Below are positions 1 to 9,378 of a DNA stretch of 64,000 bases, piece after piece (position 1 is the first letter of the stretch; each line of letters opens with the position of its first letter). The notes beneath the pieces were generated by a model. That model made no database searches, was not told the origin of the DNA, and worked only from the letters and a program-made list of their open reading frames with translations. Source of the DNA: an uncultured Acidobacteriota bacterium (GTDB lineage Bacteria; Acidobacteriota; Thermoanaerobaculia; UBA5066); contig CAWIUK010000002.1 of NCBI GenBank assembly GCA_963839295.1, forward strand, positions 186,330 to 250,329, given 5' to 3'. Made by a program: the position numbers and the translations under genes.

Positions 1-1760
1 GTCTTGAGGGGCGCGGGGGCCGCGGCCCTCTCGTCGAGCCTGCGGAACGGCTTTTTCGCGTCCGCCATGTAGAGCTGGAAGCGCAGTCCCTGGAAGCCGG
101 AGAAGATGATCTTCTCCTGCCCGTCGGGCCCGAGGAACGCCGCGGGCCCGACGGCCGCGCCGATGACGTCGGTGTACTGGACCATCTCGCCCGTCGCGAG
201 GGTCTGCCCGTAGACGTTGTAGATGCCGCCGCGCGAGGAGGTGTAGTAGAGGCGCTTGCCGTCCGGCGAGAAGGACGGGTCCTCGTCGTTGCCCTCGCCC
301 CAGGTCACCTGCTCGACCTTCGTCGGGTCGGCGAGGGGGAAGCGGACGATCTTCGCGCGGCCGCCGATGATCTTCGAGTGGTAGACGTACGCGCCGTCGG
401 GCGAGAAGACGGGCGCCTCGTCGTACGCAGGGTCGTTCGTGAGGTTCCGGACCGCATTCGTCTTGAGGTCCAGGAGGAAGATGTCGCGGCTGTTCCCCTC
501 GATCGCCGAGAAGACGATCTCGTTACCGGAGGGCGACCAGGACGGCGCCATCGGGACGTCGGGCGCGACCGCGATGCGGTCGAGGAGGCCGCCGCCCTTC
601 GCGGAGAAGATCAGGAGCTTGCGGCCGCGCTCCTGCCGGCCGAACACCGCAATCCGGTCGCCGTCCGGCGCGAAGGACAGGTCCCGGCCGCTCTCGGGTC
701 CGGTCGTCAGGTACTGGCCGACGATGTACTCGTACTTCGTCGTGTTTCCGGGCGAAAGGTTCTTGTAGAGCTTCCGTTCCTTGACGGAGAGGAGGCCGAT
801 GTCGACCTCGTTCCGGTACGTCGTGAGCGTCGCGACGAAGTCCCCGGAGGGCGACGGGGCCGCGCCGATCTCGAACGACTCGCGGCCGTACGGCCCGACG
901 CGGAAACGCTCGCCGTACTCGGAGGCCTCGCCCTTGACGGCGAGGAGCGGAAGGTACTTGCGGCGGAGGTAGCGGCGGAACTTGAGGTCGAAGTCGTCGG
1001 GCTGGATCTCGAAGGTCCGGCGGAGGGCGACCGCGATGTCCCGCCCGAGGAACGAACGGAACTCGAAGATGAAGTCGCGGACGCCGTCCTTGCCCCACTC
1101 GGACTCGATGAAGTCGAAGACCGCGTGCCCGTAACGGTAGGCGGGGTAGCCGCCGATCTGGACCTTCGTGATCGGCGGGATGAGGTCCGAGTTCACGGCG
1201 TCCCTCAGGTACATCCGGTCCTTGTCGTCCTCGTCGTTGCCGAAGTAGGACGCCATGCCTTCCATGAACCACGTGGGCGGGTTCGAGGTGAGGGCGCGGG
1301 AGAGGCTGCCGCCGAAGAGGATCTCGTACTGGAAGACGTGCGTGAGCTCGTGCTGGATGAGGGCCTGGAGCTTCTCGTCCGGCACGTCGATCGGCAGGAC
1401 CATCCGGTTGCGCGCCGGCTCCGCGAACGCGCCGACCCCCTCGGGGATGAAGTTGAGGTCGACGTTGTTCTGCTCGAATTCCGCGTGCGTCGAGAAGTAG
1501 ATGATCGGGATGCGTTTCGGGATCTGGTAGTTCAGCCGGCGGGAGAGCTCGTCGTACGCCGACTCGGCCATCGAGACGACCTTCTGGAGCGTCGCCTTTT
1601 CACGCGAGTAGTGGTAGACGTCGAAGTGCGTCGACTGGTAGATCGACCAGTCGAACGTGTCGTAGACGATCTTGTTCTGGCCCTGGGCGAGGAGGGCGGG
1701 CGCCGCCGCCGCGACGCCGAGCAGGAGGACGAGGGAGAGGGCCTTCCTAGTCGAAGACAT
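1..1760 (-). CDS. Secreted HExxH metallopeptidase-like domain fused to TolB/PD40-type beta-propeller repeats (3' end lies outside the window)
   Basis: Absent from the ORF track because there is no stop in the window. My minus-strand translation from ATG 1760-1758 gives MSSTRKALSLVLLLGVAAAAAPALLAQG (signal peptide), then IQHELTHVFQ (HExxH), then repeated FAPDGDRIAV, WSPSGNEIVF, FSPDGAYVY, FSPDGKRLYY propeller motifs. Third codon positions are G/C-rich throughout. Confidence 0.75.
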   Translation of the reverse strand, partial: MSSTRKALSLVLLLGVAAAAPALLAQGQNKIVYDTFDWSIYQSTHFDVYHYSREKATLQKVVSMAESAYDELSRRLNYQIPKRIPIIYFSTHAEFEQNNVDLNFIPEGVGAFAEPARNRMVLPIDVPDEKLQALIQHELTHVFQYEILFGGSLSRALTSNPPTWFMEGMASYFGNDEDDKDRMYLRDAVNSDLIPPITKVQIGGYPAYRYGHAVFDFIESEWGKDGVRDFIFEFRSFLGRDIAVALRRTFEIQPDDFDLKFRRYLRRKYLPLLAVKGEASEYGERFRVGPYGRESFEIGAAPSPSGDFVATLTTYRNEVDIGLLSVKERKLYKNLSPGNTTKYEYIVGQYLTTGPESGRDLSFAPDGDRIAVFGRQERGRKLLIFSAKGGGLLDRIAVAPDVPMAPSWSPSGNEIVFSAIEGNSRDIFLLDLKTNAVRNLTNDPAYDEAPVFSPDGAYVYHSKIIGGRAKIVRFPLADPTKVEQVTWGEGNDEDPSFSPDGKRLYYTSSRGGIYNVYGQTLATGEMVQYTDVIGAAVGPAAFLGPDGQEKIIFSGFQGLRFQLYMADAKKPFRRLDERAAAPAPLK

Positions 1761-2433
1761 AGCGATTCGCCTCCCGCTCGCGGACGACGAAGAGACCGAG
1801 GAGCTGGTTTTCGAGGGAGAACAGGTTCTCGAAGAGGCCGGCGAGCTCGTCGGCGGCGCGCTTGTTCTTCTCTTTCGTGTCGCGGAAGTTCTCCTGGAAG
1901 AGGCGGGCGCCCGTCCGGCCGTCCAGCGCGAGGACGGTGACGTCGAACGTGAAGCCGGTGGACTCGATGAGGACCTGCCGGTAGTACTTCCGCTGGTCGA
2001 TCGGGCTGACGTACTCCTCGGCGCGGTAGCCGGACTTGTTCTCGACGCGGAAATCCACGACGCCGGTCAGGACGATGTCGGCGCCGGTCCGCGCCCCGAT
2101 TCCCCTCCAGAAGTCGCCGGCCTCGCCGAGCTCCTTGAGGTGCTGTGTCGGAAGGCGGACGTCCGCCGGCATCGTGACGACCGTCATCTTCGTGCGCTTC
2201 GAAAGCTGCTTGCCGAGGTAGCGGCGGAACTCGGCGTCGAGGTCGAGGTCCTTGTACTTCGGCACGTCCTTCTGGTCCGAGAGCTTCGAGGCGACGAGGA
2301 AGGGGGCGAGCGTGATCCGCTCGCGGCCCGTCACGGCGAGCTTCGGACGAAGCGGGAGCCTGAGCTTGACCTCCTTCGAGGGCGAGCACGCGGCGAGAAG
2401 GAAGGCGAGGGCGGCCGCGACGGAACGGCGCAT
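1747..2433 (-). CDS. Lipoprotein of unknown function
   Basis: ORF 1747..2907 trimmed to ATG 2433: MRRSVAAALAFLLAAC (LAAC lipobox). ATGA overlap with the upstream stop and 14-nt overlap with the downstream gene. Confidence 0.7.
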   Translation of the reverse strand: MRRSVAAALAFLLAACSPSKEVKLRLPLRPKLAVTGRERITLAPFLVASKLSDQKDVPKYKDLDLDAEFRRYLGKQLSKRTKMTVVTMPADVRLPTQHLKELGEAGDFWRGIGARTGADIVLTGVVDFRVENKSGYRAEEYVSPIDQRKYYRQVLIESTGFTFDVTVLALDGRTGARLFQENFRDTKEKNKRAADELAGLFENLFSLENQLLGLFVVREREANRYVFD

Positions 2434-2981
2434 CACGCCGCCCCTCCGGGGGCGAGCGTCGGCGCCGGGGCGGGCGTCGGGACCAGGGGTGCGGGGGCGG
2501 GAGACGGGGCGGCCGCGGGAGCGGCGGCCGGAGTCGGCGCGGGCGTGGGCGCTGGCGGGACGGCTCCCGCAGCGGCCGGCGCATACGAAGACGGTGCGGG
2601 CAGGGAGGAGGCGCGCTGCACCGACGTGTAGTACTCGGCGAAGCGCGCGTAGTTGCGCTTGATCATCGCGTCCTGGGGCGCGAGCGCGAGGGCGCGCTTG
2701 TAGGCGGCGAGGGCGCGGGTCGTGTCCCCGATGCTCTCGTACGCGACCGCGAGGTTGTTCTGGATCTGGGCGTCGTTCGGCTTCTCGGCGGAGGCCTTCT
2801 CGTACCGGAAGAGCGCTTCGCGCCAGAAGCCCTTGCGCGCCATCTCGGAGCCGTACGCTTTCTCGGTCTTCCAGGATTCGTCGGTCCCGCCCGACGCGCA
2901 GGCCCATGCTCCGGCCGCGAAGGCCGAGAGGACGGCAGCGGCGACGGCTCGGCGAAGACGCGTCACGGTGCGGTCGGGCAT
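2433..2981 (-). CDS. Secreted TPR-repeat protein (possible lipoprotein) with Pro/Ala-rich tail
   Basis: C-terminal part of ORF 2433..4163 from ATG 2981. Signal peptide AVAAAVLSAFAAGAWAC, TPR-like NNLAVAYESIGDTTRALAAYKRALALAP, and a PAPTPAP tail. Confidence 0.7.
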   Translation of the reverse strand: MPDRTVTRLRRAVAAAVLSAFAAGAWACASGGTDESWKTEKAYGSEMARKGFWREALFRYEKASAEKPNDAQIQNNLAVAYESIGDTTRALAAYKRALALAPQDAMIKRNYARFAEYYTSVQRASSLPAPSSYAPAAAGAVPPAPTPAPTPAAAPAAAPSPAPAPLVPTPAPAPTLAPGGAA

Positions 2982-3140
2982 TATAGACAGCGACTCTGGC
3001 GCGATTTCCCGCAAGAGGGGTGCCGCATCCGAACGGTCGCCGCCGATCTCAGGACAGGACTCGCGTGGTCGCGAGCGGCCCGCGGAAGACGGGCCCGGGC
3101 CCTCCGGAGACTGCTCGAAGCCACGGAGACTCCGTCTCAC

Positions 3141-4151
3141 GTGCGGGCCCTGTCCTCCGCGGAGGCCGCGCGGATCGCCGAAGAAGCCGAGGACGTCGTC
3201 GCCCCGCTCCTTTCGCCGGACCTCGGGGCGACCGACGCCGACCTGCGCCGCTTCGAGGCCTCGGGCGCGCGCGTGATCTTCTTCGGGGACGCCGAGTACC
3301 CGGAACTTGTGCGCGAGATCACGGATCCGCCGCCGCTCCTGTTCGCGCGCGGGGCGCCCGTGCCGCCGGCGCCCGCGGTCGCGCTCGTCGGGGCCCGCCG
3401 CGCGTCGCGCGTCGCCCTCGAGACCGCGGCCGTTCTCGCGCGGGGCCTCGCCGAGGCAGGCGTCTGTGTCGTCTCGGGGTTCGCCCGCGGCGTGGACGCG
3501 GCGGCGCACCGCGCGGCGCTCGAGGCCGGCGGCCCGACGATCGCCGTCTTCGGCTGCGGCGTGGACGTCTGCTATCCCGCCGAGCAGCGCGGGCTCCTCG
3601 AGACGCTCCTCGCGACCGGGACGGCGCTCTCGGAGTTCCCCATGGGCGACGGGCCCGAGCCCTGGCACTTTCCCGTGCGCAACCGGCTCATCGCGGGCCT
3701 TTCGCGGATCGTCTGCGTCGTCGAGGCGGCCGAAAAGAGCGGCTCGCTCATCACGGCGCGGTGCGCCACGGGCTACGGACGCGACGTCGCCGCCGTGCCC
3801 GGCTCGGTCCTCGCGCCTCTGGCCGCCGGGTCGAACGCGCTCCTGAAGGACGGCGCGATCCTCGTCCGCTCGGCGGACGACCTCCTCGCGGAGCTGCCCG
3901 AGGAGGACCGCCGGCGCCTGAACCGCGCGGTGGCGGCGCGCGCGGCGGCCGCCGTTCCCGATCTCCCGCCCGACGCGGCGGCGCTCCTCGCGGTCCTCGA
4001 CCCGGACGAGCCGCGCGACGCGGACGCCCTGATTCCGGCCGCGGGACTGGACGCGGCGCGCTTCTCGGCGGCTCTCCTGCACCTCGAAATCGAGGGCCTC
4101 GCGACCGCCCTTCCGGGAGCTCTCTTCGTCCGCTCGCGCCCCCGGAGTTGA
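3141..4151 (+). CDS. dprA: DNA-processing protein DprA/Smf
   Basis: GFARGVDAAAHRAAL, WHFPVRNRLIAGL and VVEAAEKSGSLITA motifs. Conserved position directly upstream of topA. GTG start. Confidence 0.85.
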   Translation: MRALSSAEAARIAEEAEDVVAPLLSPDLGATDADLRRFEASGARVIFFGDAEYPELVREITDPPPLLFARGAPVPPAPAVALVGARRASRVALETAAVLARGLAEAGVCVVSGFARGVDAAAHRAALEAGGPTIAVFGCGVDVCYPAEQRGLLETLLATGTALSEFPMGDGPEPWHFPVRNRLIAGLSRIVCVVEAAEKSGSLITARCATGYGRDVAAVPGSVLAPLAAGSNALLKDGAILVRSADDLLAELPEEDRRRLNRAVAARAAAAVPDLPPDAAALLAVLDPDEPRDADALIPAAGLDAARFSAALLHLEIEGLATALPGALFVRSRPRS

Positions 4152-4178
4152 CAGGCGTGGCATCGTGGCGGGTCCGGT

Positions 4179-6959
4179 ATGGCCAAGTCACTCGTGATCG
4201 TCGAGTCCCCCGCGAAGGCCGCGACCCTCGGGAAGTTCCTCGGGAAGGACTTCACCGTGATGGCCTGCTACGGCCACGTCCGCGACCTGCCGCGAAAGGG
4301 AATCGCGGTGGACCGCGAGCACGGGTACACGCCGACGTACGAGGTCCTCCCCGGCAAGGAGCGCACCGTCGCGGACCTCAAGAGGGCCGCGAAAGGCGCC
4401 GACACGATCTACCTCGCGGCCGACCCCGACCGCGAGGGCGAAGCCATCTGCTGGCACCTCCAGGAGATCCTCAAGCCCGGCTCCCCGAAGACGACGTTCC
4501 ACCGCGCCGAGTTCCACGAGATCACGAAATCCGCGGTCACGCGCGCGGTCCAGAACCCCGGCGTCATCGACCAGAACCGCGTGAACGCGCAGCAGGCCCG
4601 CCGGATCATCGACCGGCTCGTCGGCTACGAGGTCTCGGACCTGCTCTGGTCGAAGCTCTGGAGAGGGCTGTCGGCGGGACGGGTCCAGACCGTGACGCTC
4701 CGGATCATCGTGGAGCGCGAGAGCGAGCGCGAGCGCTTCGTCCCGGTCCCGTACTTCTCGGTTCCCGTGACGCTGAAGAAGGGCGAGACCGCCTTCCCGG
4801 CGCGCGTGGTTGTCTGGAAGGGCGAGAAGCTCAAGTTCGACGGGACGGACCCGCGTCTCGCGACGGCCGCCGACGCCGAGGCCGCGCGCGGCCACGTCGA
4901 GGGCGCCGCGCTCTCGGTCGTGAAGGTGGACGCGAAGGAGCGCAAGAGCAGCGCGCCGCCGCCCTTCACGACGTCGAAACTGCAGCAGGGGGCCGCGCGC
5001 ATCGGGTTCAGCGTCCGCCGGACGATGCAGATCGCCCAGAGGCTCTACGAGGGCAAGACGATCGGCGACCGCGGGACGATCGGCCTCATCACGTACATGC
5101 GCACGGATTCGACACGGACGGCCGAAGAGGCGCTCGTGGCCGTCCGGGACTTCATCGGACGGACGTACGGGCCGCGCGCGCTCCCGGAGGAGGCGCGGCG
5201 CTTCCGCCAGAAGAAGGACGCGCAGGACGCGCACGAGGCCATCCGTCCGACGTCGCTCGACCTCCCCCCCGAGGCGGTCGCGCGGGCCCTCGCGCCGGAC
5301 GAGCTGAAGCTCTACCGCCTCATCTGGAACCGGTTCGTCGCGTCCCAGATGAGCCCGTCCGTCTCGGAAGTGACCTCCGTCGACATCGAGGCGGTCAAGG
5401 GGGGCGTGGCCGCTCTCCTGCGCGCCTCGGGCACGGTCCTCAAGGACCCGGGCTGGCTCAAGGTCTACGAGAAGGACGCCGAGCCCGAGCCCGAGGAGAA
5501 GGACAAGGCCGAGGCCGACGCGGAGGCCGCGGACGGAAACGGCGACGGGAACGGGGCCTCGAGCGAGAAGGTGCGCCTGCCGGCCCTCACCGCGGGCGAC
5601 GCGCTCGCGCTCGTCTCCGTCGCGACGGAGGGCCACGAGACGCAGCCGCCGCCGCGTTTCAACGAGGCGTCGCTCGTGAAATTCCTCGAGGAGAACGGCA
5701 TCGGCCGCCCGTCGACGTACGCCGAGATCATGCGCAAGATCGAGGATCGCGAGTACGTGAGGAAGAAGGACCGGCGCTTCACGCCGACGCCGCTCGGCCG
5801 GCTCGTCGTGGACCTCATGCGCGAGGGCTTCGACGACTTCTTCCAGACCGAATACACGGCGAGGATGGAAGAGGAGCTGGACGAGGTCGAGGAGGGGAAG
5901 CTCGACTGGAGAAAGGCCCTGGCGGAGTTCGACGGAAAGTTCGTCAAGGACCGCGACAAGGCGAAGAAGAAGATGGTCTCGGTCAAGGCGGGCCTCGCGC
6001 TCGCCGAGGTCCGGCGGCGCTTCGTCGACTTCAAGCTCACGAACGATCCGGGCGACGCGTGCCCGAAGAGCGGCCATCCGCTGAAGCTCCGGATGGGCAA
6101 GGCCGGCCTCTTCATCGCGTGCTCCGGCTACCCGGACTGCGACTTCACGCAGGACATCCCCGAGGTCGAGGAAGACCCGATCGACGCCACGGAGCTCGAG
6201 GGCCAGACCTGCGAGGAGTGCGGCAGCCCGATGAAGCTTCGCACGGGCCGGAACGGCTCGGCGTTCCTCGGCTGCACGGCGTATCCCGTGTGCCGCAACA
6301 CCGTGCCCGTGAAGGTCGCGGGCGGGAAGGCCGAGGCCAAGCCCGACGTCCCGACCGGCGAGACGTGCCCGAACTGCGGCCACGGCCTCGTGACGCGACA
6401 CGGCCGCTTCGGCGACTACGTCTCGTGCTCGAACTATCCCGCGTGCCGGTTCAAGCCGCCCAAGCCCGTCACGCTCACGGGCGTGAAGTGCCCGGTCTGC
6501 AGGACGGGCGACATCCTCGTGAGGCGCGGGCGCTTCGGGCCGTTCTACGGGTGCTCGAACTACCCGTCGTGCGAGAAGAACTTCAAGGCCCGGCCCGTCC
6601 CGAAGGCGTGCCCGAACTGCAGGGCGCCGTACCTCCTCGTGCGCGACCGCAAGGCGGGACCGTTCTACGTCTGCGAGACGGAAGGCTGCGGCCTCGACGT
6701 CGCCGCGAGCGATCTCGACGCCTTCGAGCCCACGACGCGCATCCCCGAGGGTGCGCTCGAAGCCGCGATCGCCGAGGCGCGCGTCCCGGCGCCGGTCAAG
6801 GGCGCGAAGAAGCGTGCGCCCAGGGCCCCGCGCGCGAAGGCTGCCGCCGAATCGCCGGGGAGCGCCGACCCGAAGGTCGCGAAGGCGGCGAAAGCGGCGA
6901 AGGCCGCGAGAGCCCCGAGGGCTGCAAAACCCAGGACGTCCCGGCCGCGCACGGGCTGA
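4179..6959 (+). CDS. topA: DNA topoisomerase I
   Basis: N-terminus MAKSLVIVESPAKAATLGKFLG (Toprim). Several C-terminal CxxC...CxxC zinc ribbons and a Lys/Ala-rich tail. 926 aa. Confidence 0.97.
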   Translation: MAKSLVIVESPAKAATLGKFLGKDFTVMACYGHVRDLPRKGIAVDREHGYTPTYEVLPGKERTVADLKRAAKGADTIYLAADPDREGEAICWHLQEILKPGSPKTTFHRAEFHEITKSAVTRAVQNPGVIDQNRVNAQQARRIIDRLVGYEVSDLLWSKLWRGLSAGRVQTVTLRIIVERESERERFVPVPYFSVPVTLKKGETAFPARVVVWKGEKLKFDGTDPRLATAADAEAARGHVEGAALSVVKVDAKERKSSAPPPFTTSKLQQGAARIGFSVRRTMQIAQRLYEGKTIGDRGTIGLITYMRTDSTRTAEEALVAVRDFIGRTYGPRALPEEARRFRQKKDAQDAHEAIRPTSLDLPPEAVARALAPDELKLYRLIWNRFVASQMSPSVSEVTSVDIEAVKGGVAALLRASGTVLKDPGWLKVYEKDAEPEPEEKDKAEADAEAADGNGDGNGASSEKVRLPALTAGDALALVSVATEGHETQPPPRFNEASLVKFLEENGIGRPSTYAEIMRKIEDREYVRKKDRRFTPTPLGRLVVDLMREGFDDFFQTEYTARMEEELDEVEEGKLDWRKALAEFDGKFVKDRDKAKKKMVSVKAGLALAEVRRRFVDFKLTNDPGDACPKSGHPLKLRMGKAGLFIACSGYPDCDFTQDIPEVEEDPIDATELEGQTCEECGSPMKLRTGRNGSAFLGCTAYPVCRNTVPVKVAGGKAEAKPDVPTGETCPNCGHGLVTRHGRFGDYVSCSNYPACRFKPPKPVTLTGVKCPVCRTGDILVRRGRFGPFYGCSNYPSCEKNFKARPVPKACPNCRAPYLLVRDRKAGPFYVCETEGCGLDVAASDLDAFEPTTRIPEGALEAAIAEARVPAPVKGAKKRAPRAPRAKAAAESPGSADPKVAKAAKAAKAARAPRAAKPRTSRPRTG

Positions 6960-6984
6960 CGCCGGCGGAAAGGCCCGAGGTCCC

Positions 6985-7902
6985 CTAGACGTCCAGCTCG
7001 CCGCGCATCACGAGGACGGCGCTCCCCTCGACGCGCACGCCCGCGGGGCGGCGGCCGTCGACGAGGACCGTCACGTCGAGCTCGGACGGACGGCCCATCT
7101 CGACGCCCTGGTCGATCGTGAAGCGCCCGCGCCCCTCCGCGGCGCCGCCCGGAACCGCGCCGTGGAGCGCGAGGTAGACGCCGAGGGGCCCCGCGGCCGA
7201 GCCCGTCGCCGGGTCCTCGGGCACGCCCGCGCCCGGCGCGAACATGCGCGCCCGGAGGCGGGCTTCGTCGAAGGCGAAGAAGAAGAGGCCGAGGACGGAC
7301 AGCTCCTTCTCGAGGTCGGAGAGAAGGCGCGTGTCGGCGACGGCGGACGAGACCGCGCCGGTCGACGCGAGCGGCACCATGAGAAACGTGTTCCCGGTCC
7401 CGACGGCCTGCGGCGGAAGGTCGGGGTGGAGCGCGTCGAACGGGACGCCGAGCGCCGCGGCGATCCGGCCCTTCACGTCGTCTCCCGTGACGGGCGCCTT
7501 CCACTCGGGCTTTCCCTGCTCCATCCGCACGCGCGAGACGCGGCCGTCCTTCTTCAGGAGCTCGAGCCGGAGCGGGCCGAAGCCCACCTCGATCGTGAGG
7601 GGCAGGACTCCGTCCGGCGCACCGTCCGCCACCCTGCCGAGCGCCGCCATCACGACGGCGGTCCCGACGGTCGGGTGGCCCGCGTACGGGATCTCCCTCA
7701 CCGGGACGAAGGTCCGCTGGAGGTAGGCGCGCGCGGGATCCTTCGGCGGCAGGACGAACGTGGACTCGGAGTAGTTGATCTCGCGTGCGACCGACTGCAT
7801 CTGGGCGGCGGTGAGGCCGCGTGCGTCCGGCACGACGAGGAGCGGGTTGCCCGTGAAGGGCCGGTCCGTGAAGACGTCGCACGTGACGAACGAGACCTTC
7901 AT
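6985..7902 (-). CDS. PhzF-family isomerase-like protein
   Basis: MKVSFVTCDVFTDRPFTGNPLLVV and EINYSESTFVLPP are typical PhzF-family N-terminal motifs. 305 aa. Confidence 0.85.
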   Translation of the reverse strand: MKVSFVTCDVFTDRPFTGNPLLVVPDARGLTAAQMQSVAREINYSESTFVLPPKDPARAYLQRTFVPVREIPYAGHPTVGTAVVMAALGRVADGAPDGVLPLTIEVGFGPLRLELLKKDGRVSRVRMEQGKPEWKAPVTGDDVKGRIAAALGVPFDALHPDLPPQAVGTGNTFLMVPLASTGAVSSAVADTRLLSDLEKELSVLGLFFFAFDEARLRARMFAPGAGVPEDPATGSAAGPLGVYLALHGAVPGGAAEGRGRFTIDQGVEMGRPSELDVTVLVDGRRPAGVRVEGSAVLVMRGELDV

Positions 7903-7912
7903 GACGACCCTC

Positions 7913-8629
7913 TCATGCGGGGGACGTTACCGCCCTCAGGCAGGTCCGGAAACGGCAAAGGCCGACCATCGGCAGGGCCCGGTCGAGGGCGCCGAGGACG
8001 GGGTACGGGCTCGCGGAGAAGAAGAGGTCCTCGACGCGGAACCCGGCCGCCTCGACGAGCGCGACGACGCGAGCGGCGGGGCGGACGCCGATGTGGTCCT
8101 CCTGCTGGAGACCGGGCACGGCGGCCTTGATCCGCTCGGCCCAGTGCGCCGCGTTCGGCGTGTAGATCGCGAGGGCGCCGCCGGGGCGGAGGATCTTCGC
8201 GGCGCTCGCGAGGCACGGCGTGAGCACGTCGTCGAGGACGTGCTCGACGAAGTCCGCGAGGAGCACGACGTCGAAGGGCCGGGAGGCGACGCTCGTGAGG
8301 TCGCGCGCGTCGCCCTCTTCGAAGCGGGCGTTCGGGACGCCGCGCGCGGCCTGCTCGGCGCGCGAGGCGTCGACGGCGGCGCGCGAGGCGTCGATCCCGA
8401 CGACCTCCGCGACACGCGGCGCGAGGAAGAACGCCGTGTCGCCGCGCGCGGACCCGACCTCGAGGACGCGGGCGGACGGCGACGGCCGGACGATCCGGAG
8501 GAGCGCCGCGTCGCGCTCTCGGTACTTGCGCGGGCTCCGCAGGAACCAGTGCGGGCGGTACATCCGCGCGTAGTACTCCGGGCCGTAGACGTCGGCGTTC
8601 GGAGCGAACTTCCGGCCGTCTTCCGTCAC
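7913..8629 (-). CDS. Class I SAM-dependent methyltransferase (paralog B)
   Basis: ORF 7913..9388 trimmed to GTG 8629 by alignment with the upstream paralog. VLEVGSARGD (motif I). GTGA overlap with the upstream stop. Confidence 0.75.
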   Translation of the reverse strand: MTEDGRKFAPNADVYGPEYYARMYRPHWFLRSPRKYRERDAALLRIVRPSPSARVLEVGSARGDTAFFLAPRVAEVVGIDASRAAVDASRAEQAARGVPNARFEEGDARDLTSVASRPFDVVLLADFVEHVLDDVLTPCLASAAKILRPGGALAIYTPNAAHWAERIKAAVPGLQQEDHIGVRPAARVVALVEAAGFRVEDLFFSASPYPVLGALDRALPMVGLCRFRTCLRAVTSPA

Positions 8630-9330
8630 GGCTTCACGGCCCGCATCAGGATGCGATACCGGAACGTCTCCCCGACGAGCGGGAGCGGCGCGAGCGCGCC
8701 CTCGACGAGACGGACGAGCGGGAACGGCGAGACGGACCACGTGTCGAGCGCGAGCCGGAAGCCCGCGTCCGAAAGGAAGCCGCGGTACGCCCGGGCCCGA
8801 CGGACCGCAATGTGCTGCGGGAACTGCTTCAGGACGACGTCGTGTGCCTTGAGCCGCTCGACGTAGTGCGCCCGGTCCGGCGTGTAGAGCCCGAGGCGCC
8901 CGCCCGCCCTCAGGACGCGGCGCGACTCGGCGAGCATCGCCGCGAGCGTCGGGTCGTCGACGTGCTCGACGAGGTCGATCGCCGCGACGGCGTCGAACGA
9001 GGCGTCGGCGAACTGCGAGAGGTCCGCGACGTCGCCCTTCGCGAACGAGACGTTGCCGATTCCGTTCGCGAGGCGGGCGTGCTCGGCCAGTTCGAGCGCG
9101 TCGTCCGAGGCGTCGAGGCCGACGACGTCCCGGACGTGCCGCGCGAGGAAGAACGTGACGTCGCCGCGCGCCGAGCCCAGCTCGAGGACGCGGTCGGAGG
9201 GGCGGGCGTCGATGACCCTGAGGGCGTCCCGGTTCCGCTCCTCGTACTTGCGCGGCGGGTTCGTGAACCAGTGGCTCTTGTGGAGCCCCGCGAAGTACTC
9301 CGGATCGTAGAGGTGGCCCTCGAACGTCAC
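8626..9330 (-). CDS. Class I SAM-dependent methyltransferase (paralog A)
   Basis: VLELGSARGD motif I, DAVAAIDLVEHV and LRAGGRLGLYTP. 234 aa. Confidence 0.8.
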   Translation of the reverse strand: MTFEGHLYDPEYFAGLHKSHWFTNPPRKYEERNRDALRVIDARPSDRVLELGSARGDVTFFLARHVRDVVGLDASDDALELAEHARLANGIGNVSFAKGDVADLSQFADASFDAVAAIDLVEHVDDPTLAAMLAESRRVLRAGGRLGLYTPDRAHYVERLKAHDVVLKQFPQHIAVRRARAYRGFLSDAGFRLALDTWSVSPFPLVRLVEGALAPLPLVGETFRYRILMRAVKP

Positions 9331-9378
9331 GGCGGAAGTCTACGCACGGTCCGCCGCGCCGGCCCCTAGAATCCCCCG

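Noticed and set aside
378-1940. 520-aa plus-strand ORF at the left edge
   Set aside because: It gives an Asp/Glu/Arg/Val-rich nonsense translation. The opposite strand encodes a coherent signal peptide, HExxH and beta-propeller protein.
3020-6988. 1322-aa plus-strand ORF, and similar very long Arg/Gly/Pro-rich ORFs (for example 4188..6401 -, 15215..18676 + N-terminal part, 44544..47096 -, 47038..48636 +, 54468..56642 +)
   Set aside because: Their translations are low-complexity R/P/G/A strings. They overlap convincingly conserved genes (dprA, topA, yfhO, the aromatic fusion gene, slt) in other frames or on the other strand. Long stop-free shadow frames are expected in DNA of about 70% GC.
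6985-9330. Phenazine biosynthesis cluster
   Set aside because: Only a PhzF-family homolog is present. No phzA/B/D/E/G-like genes occur nearby, and PhzF-family proteins are common outside phenazine pathways.
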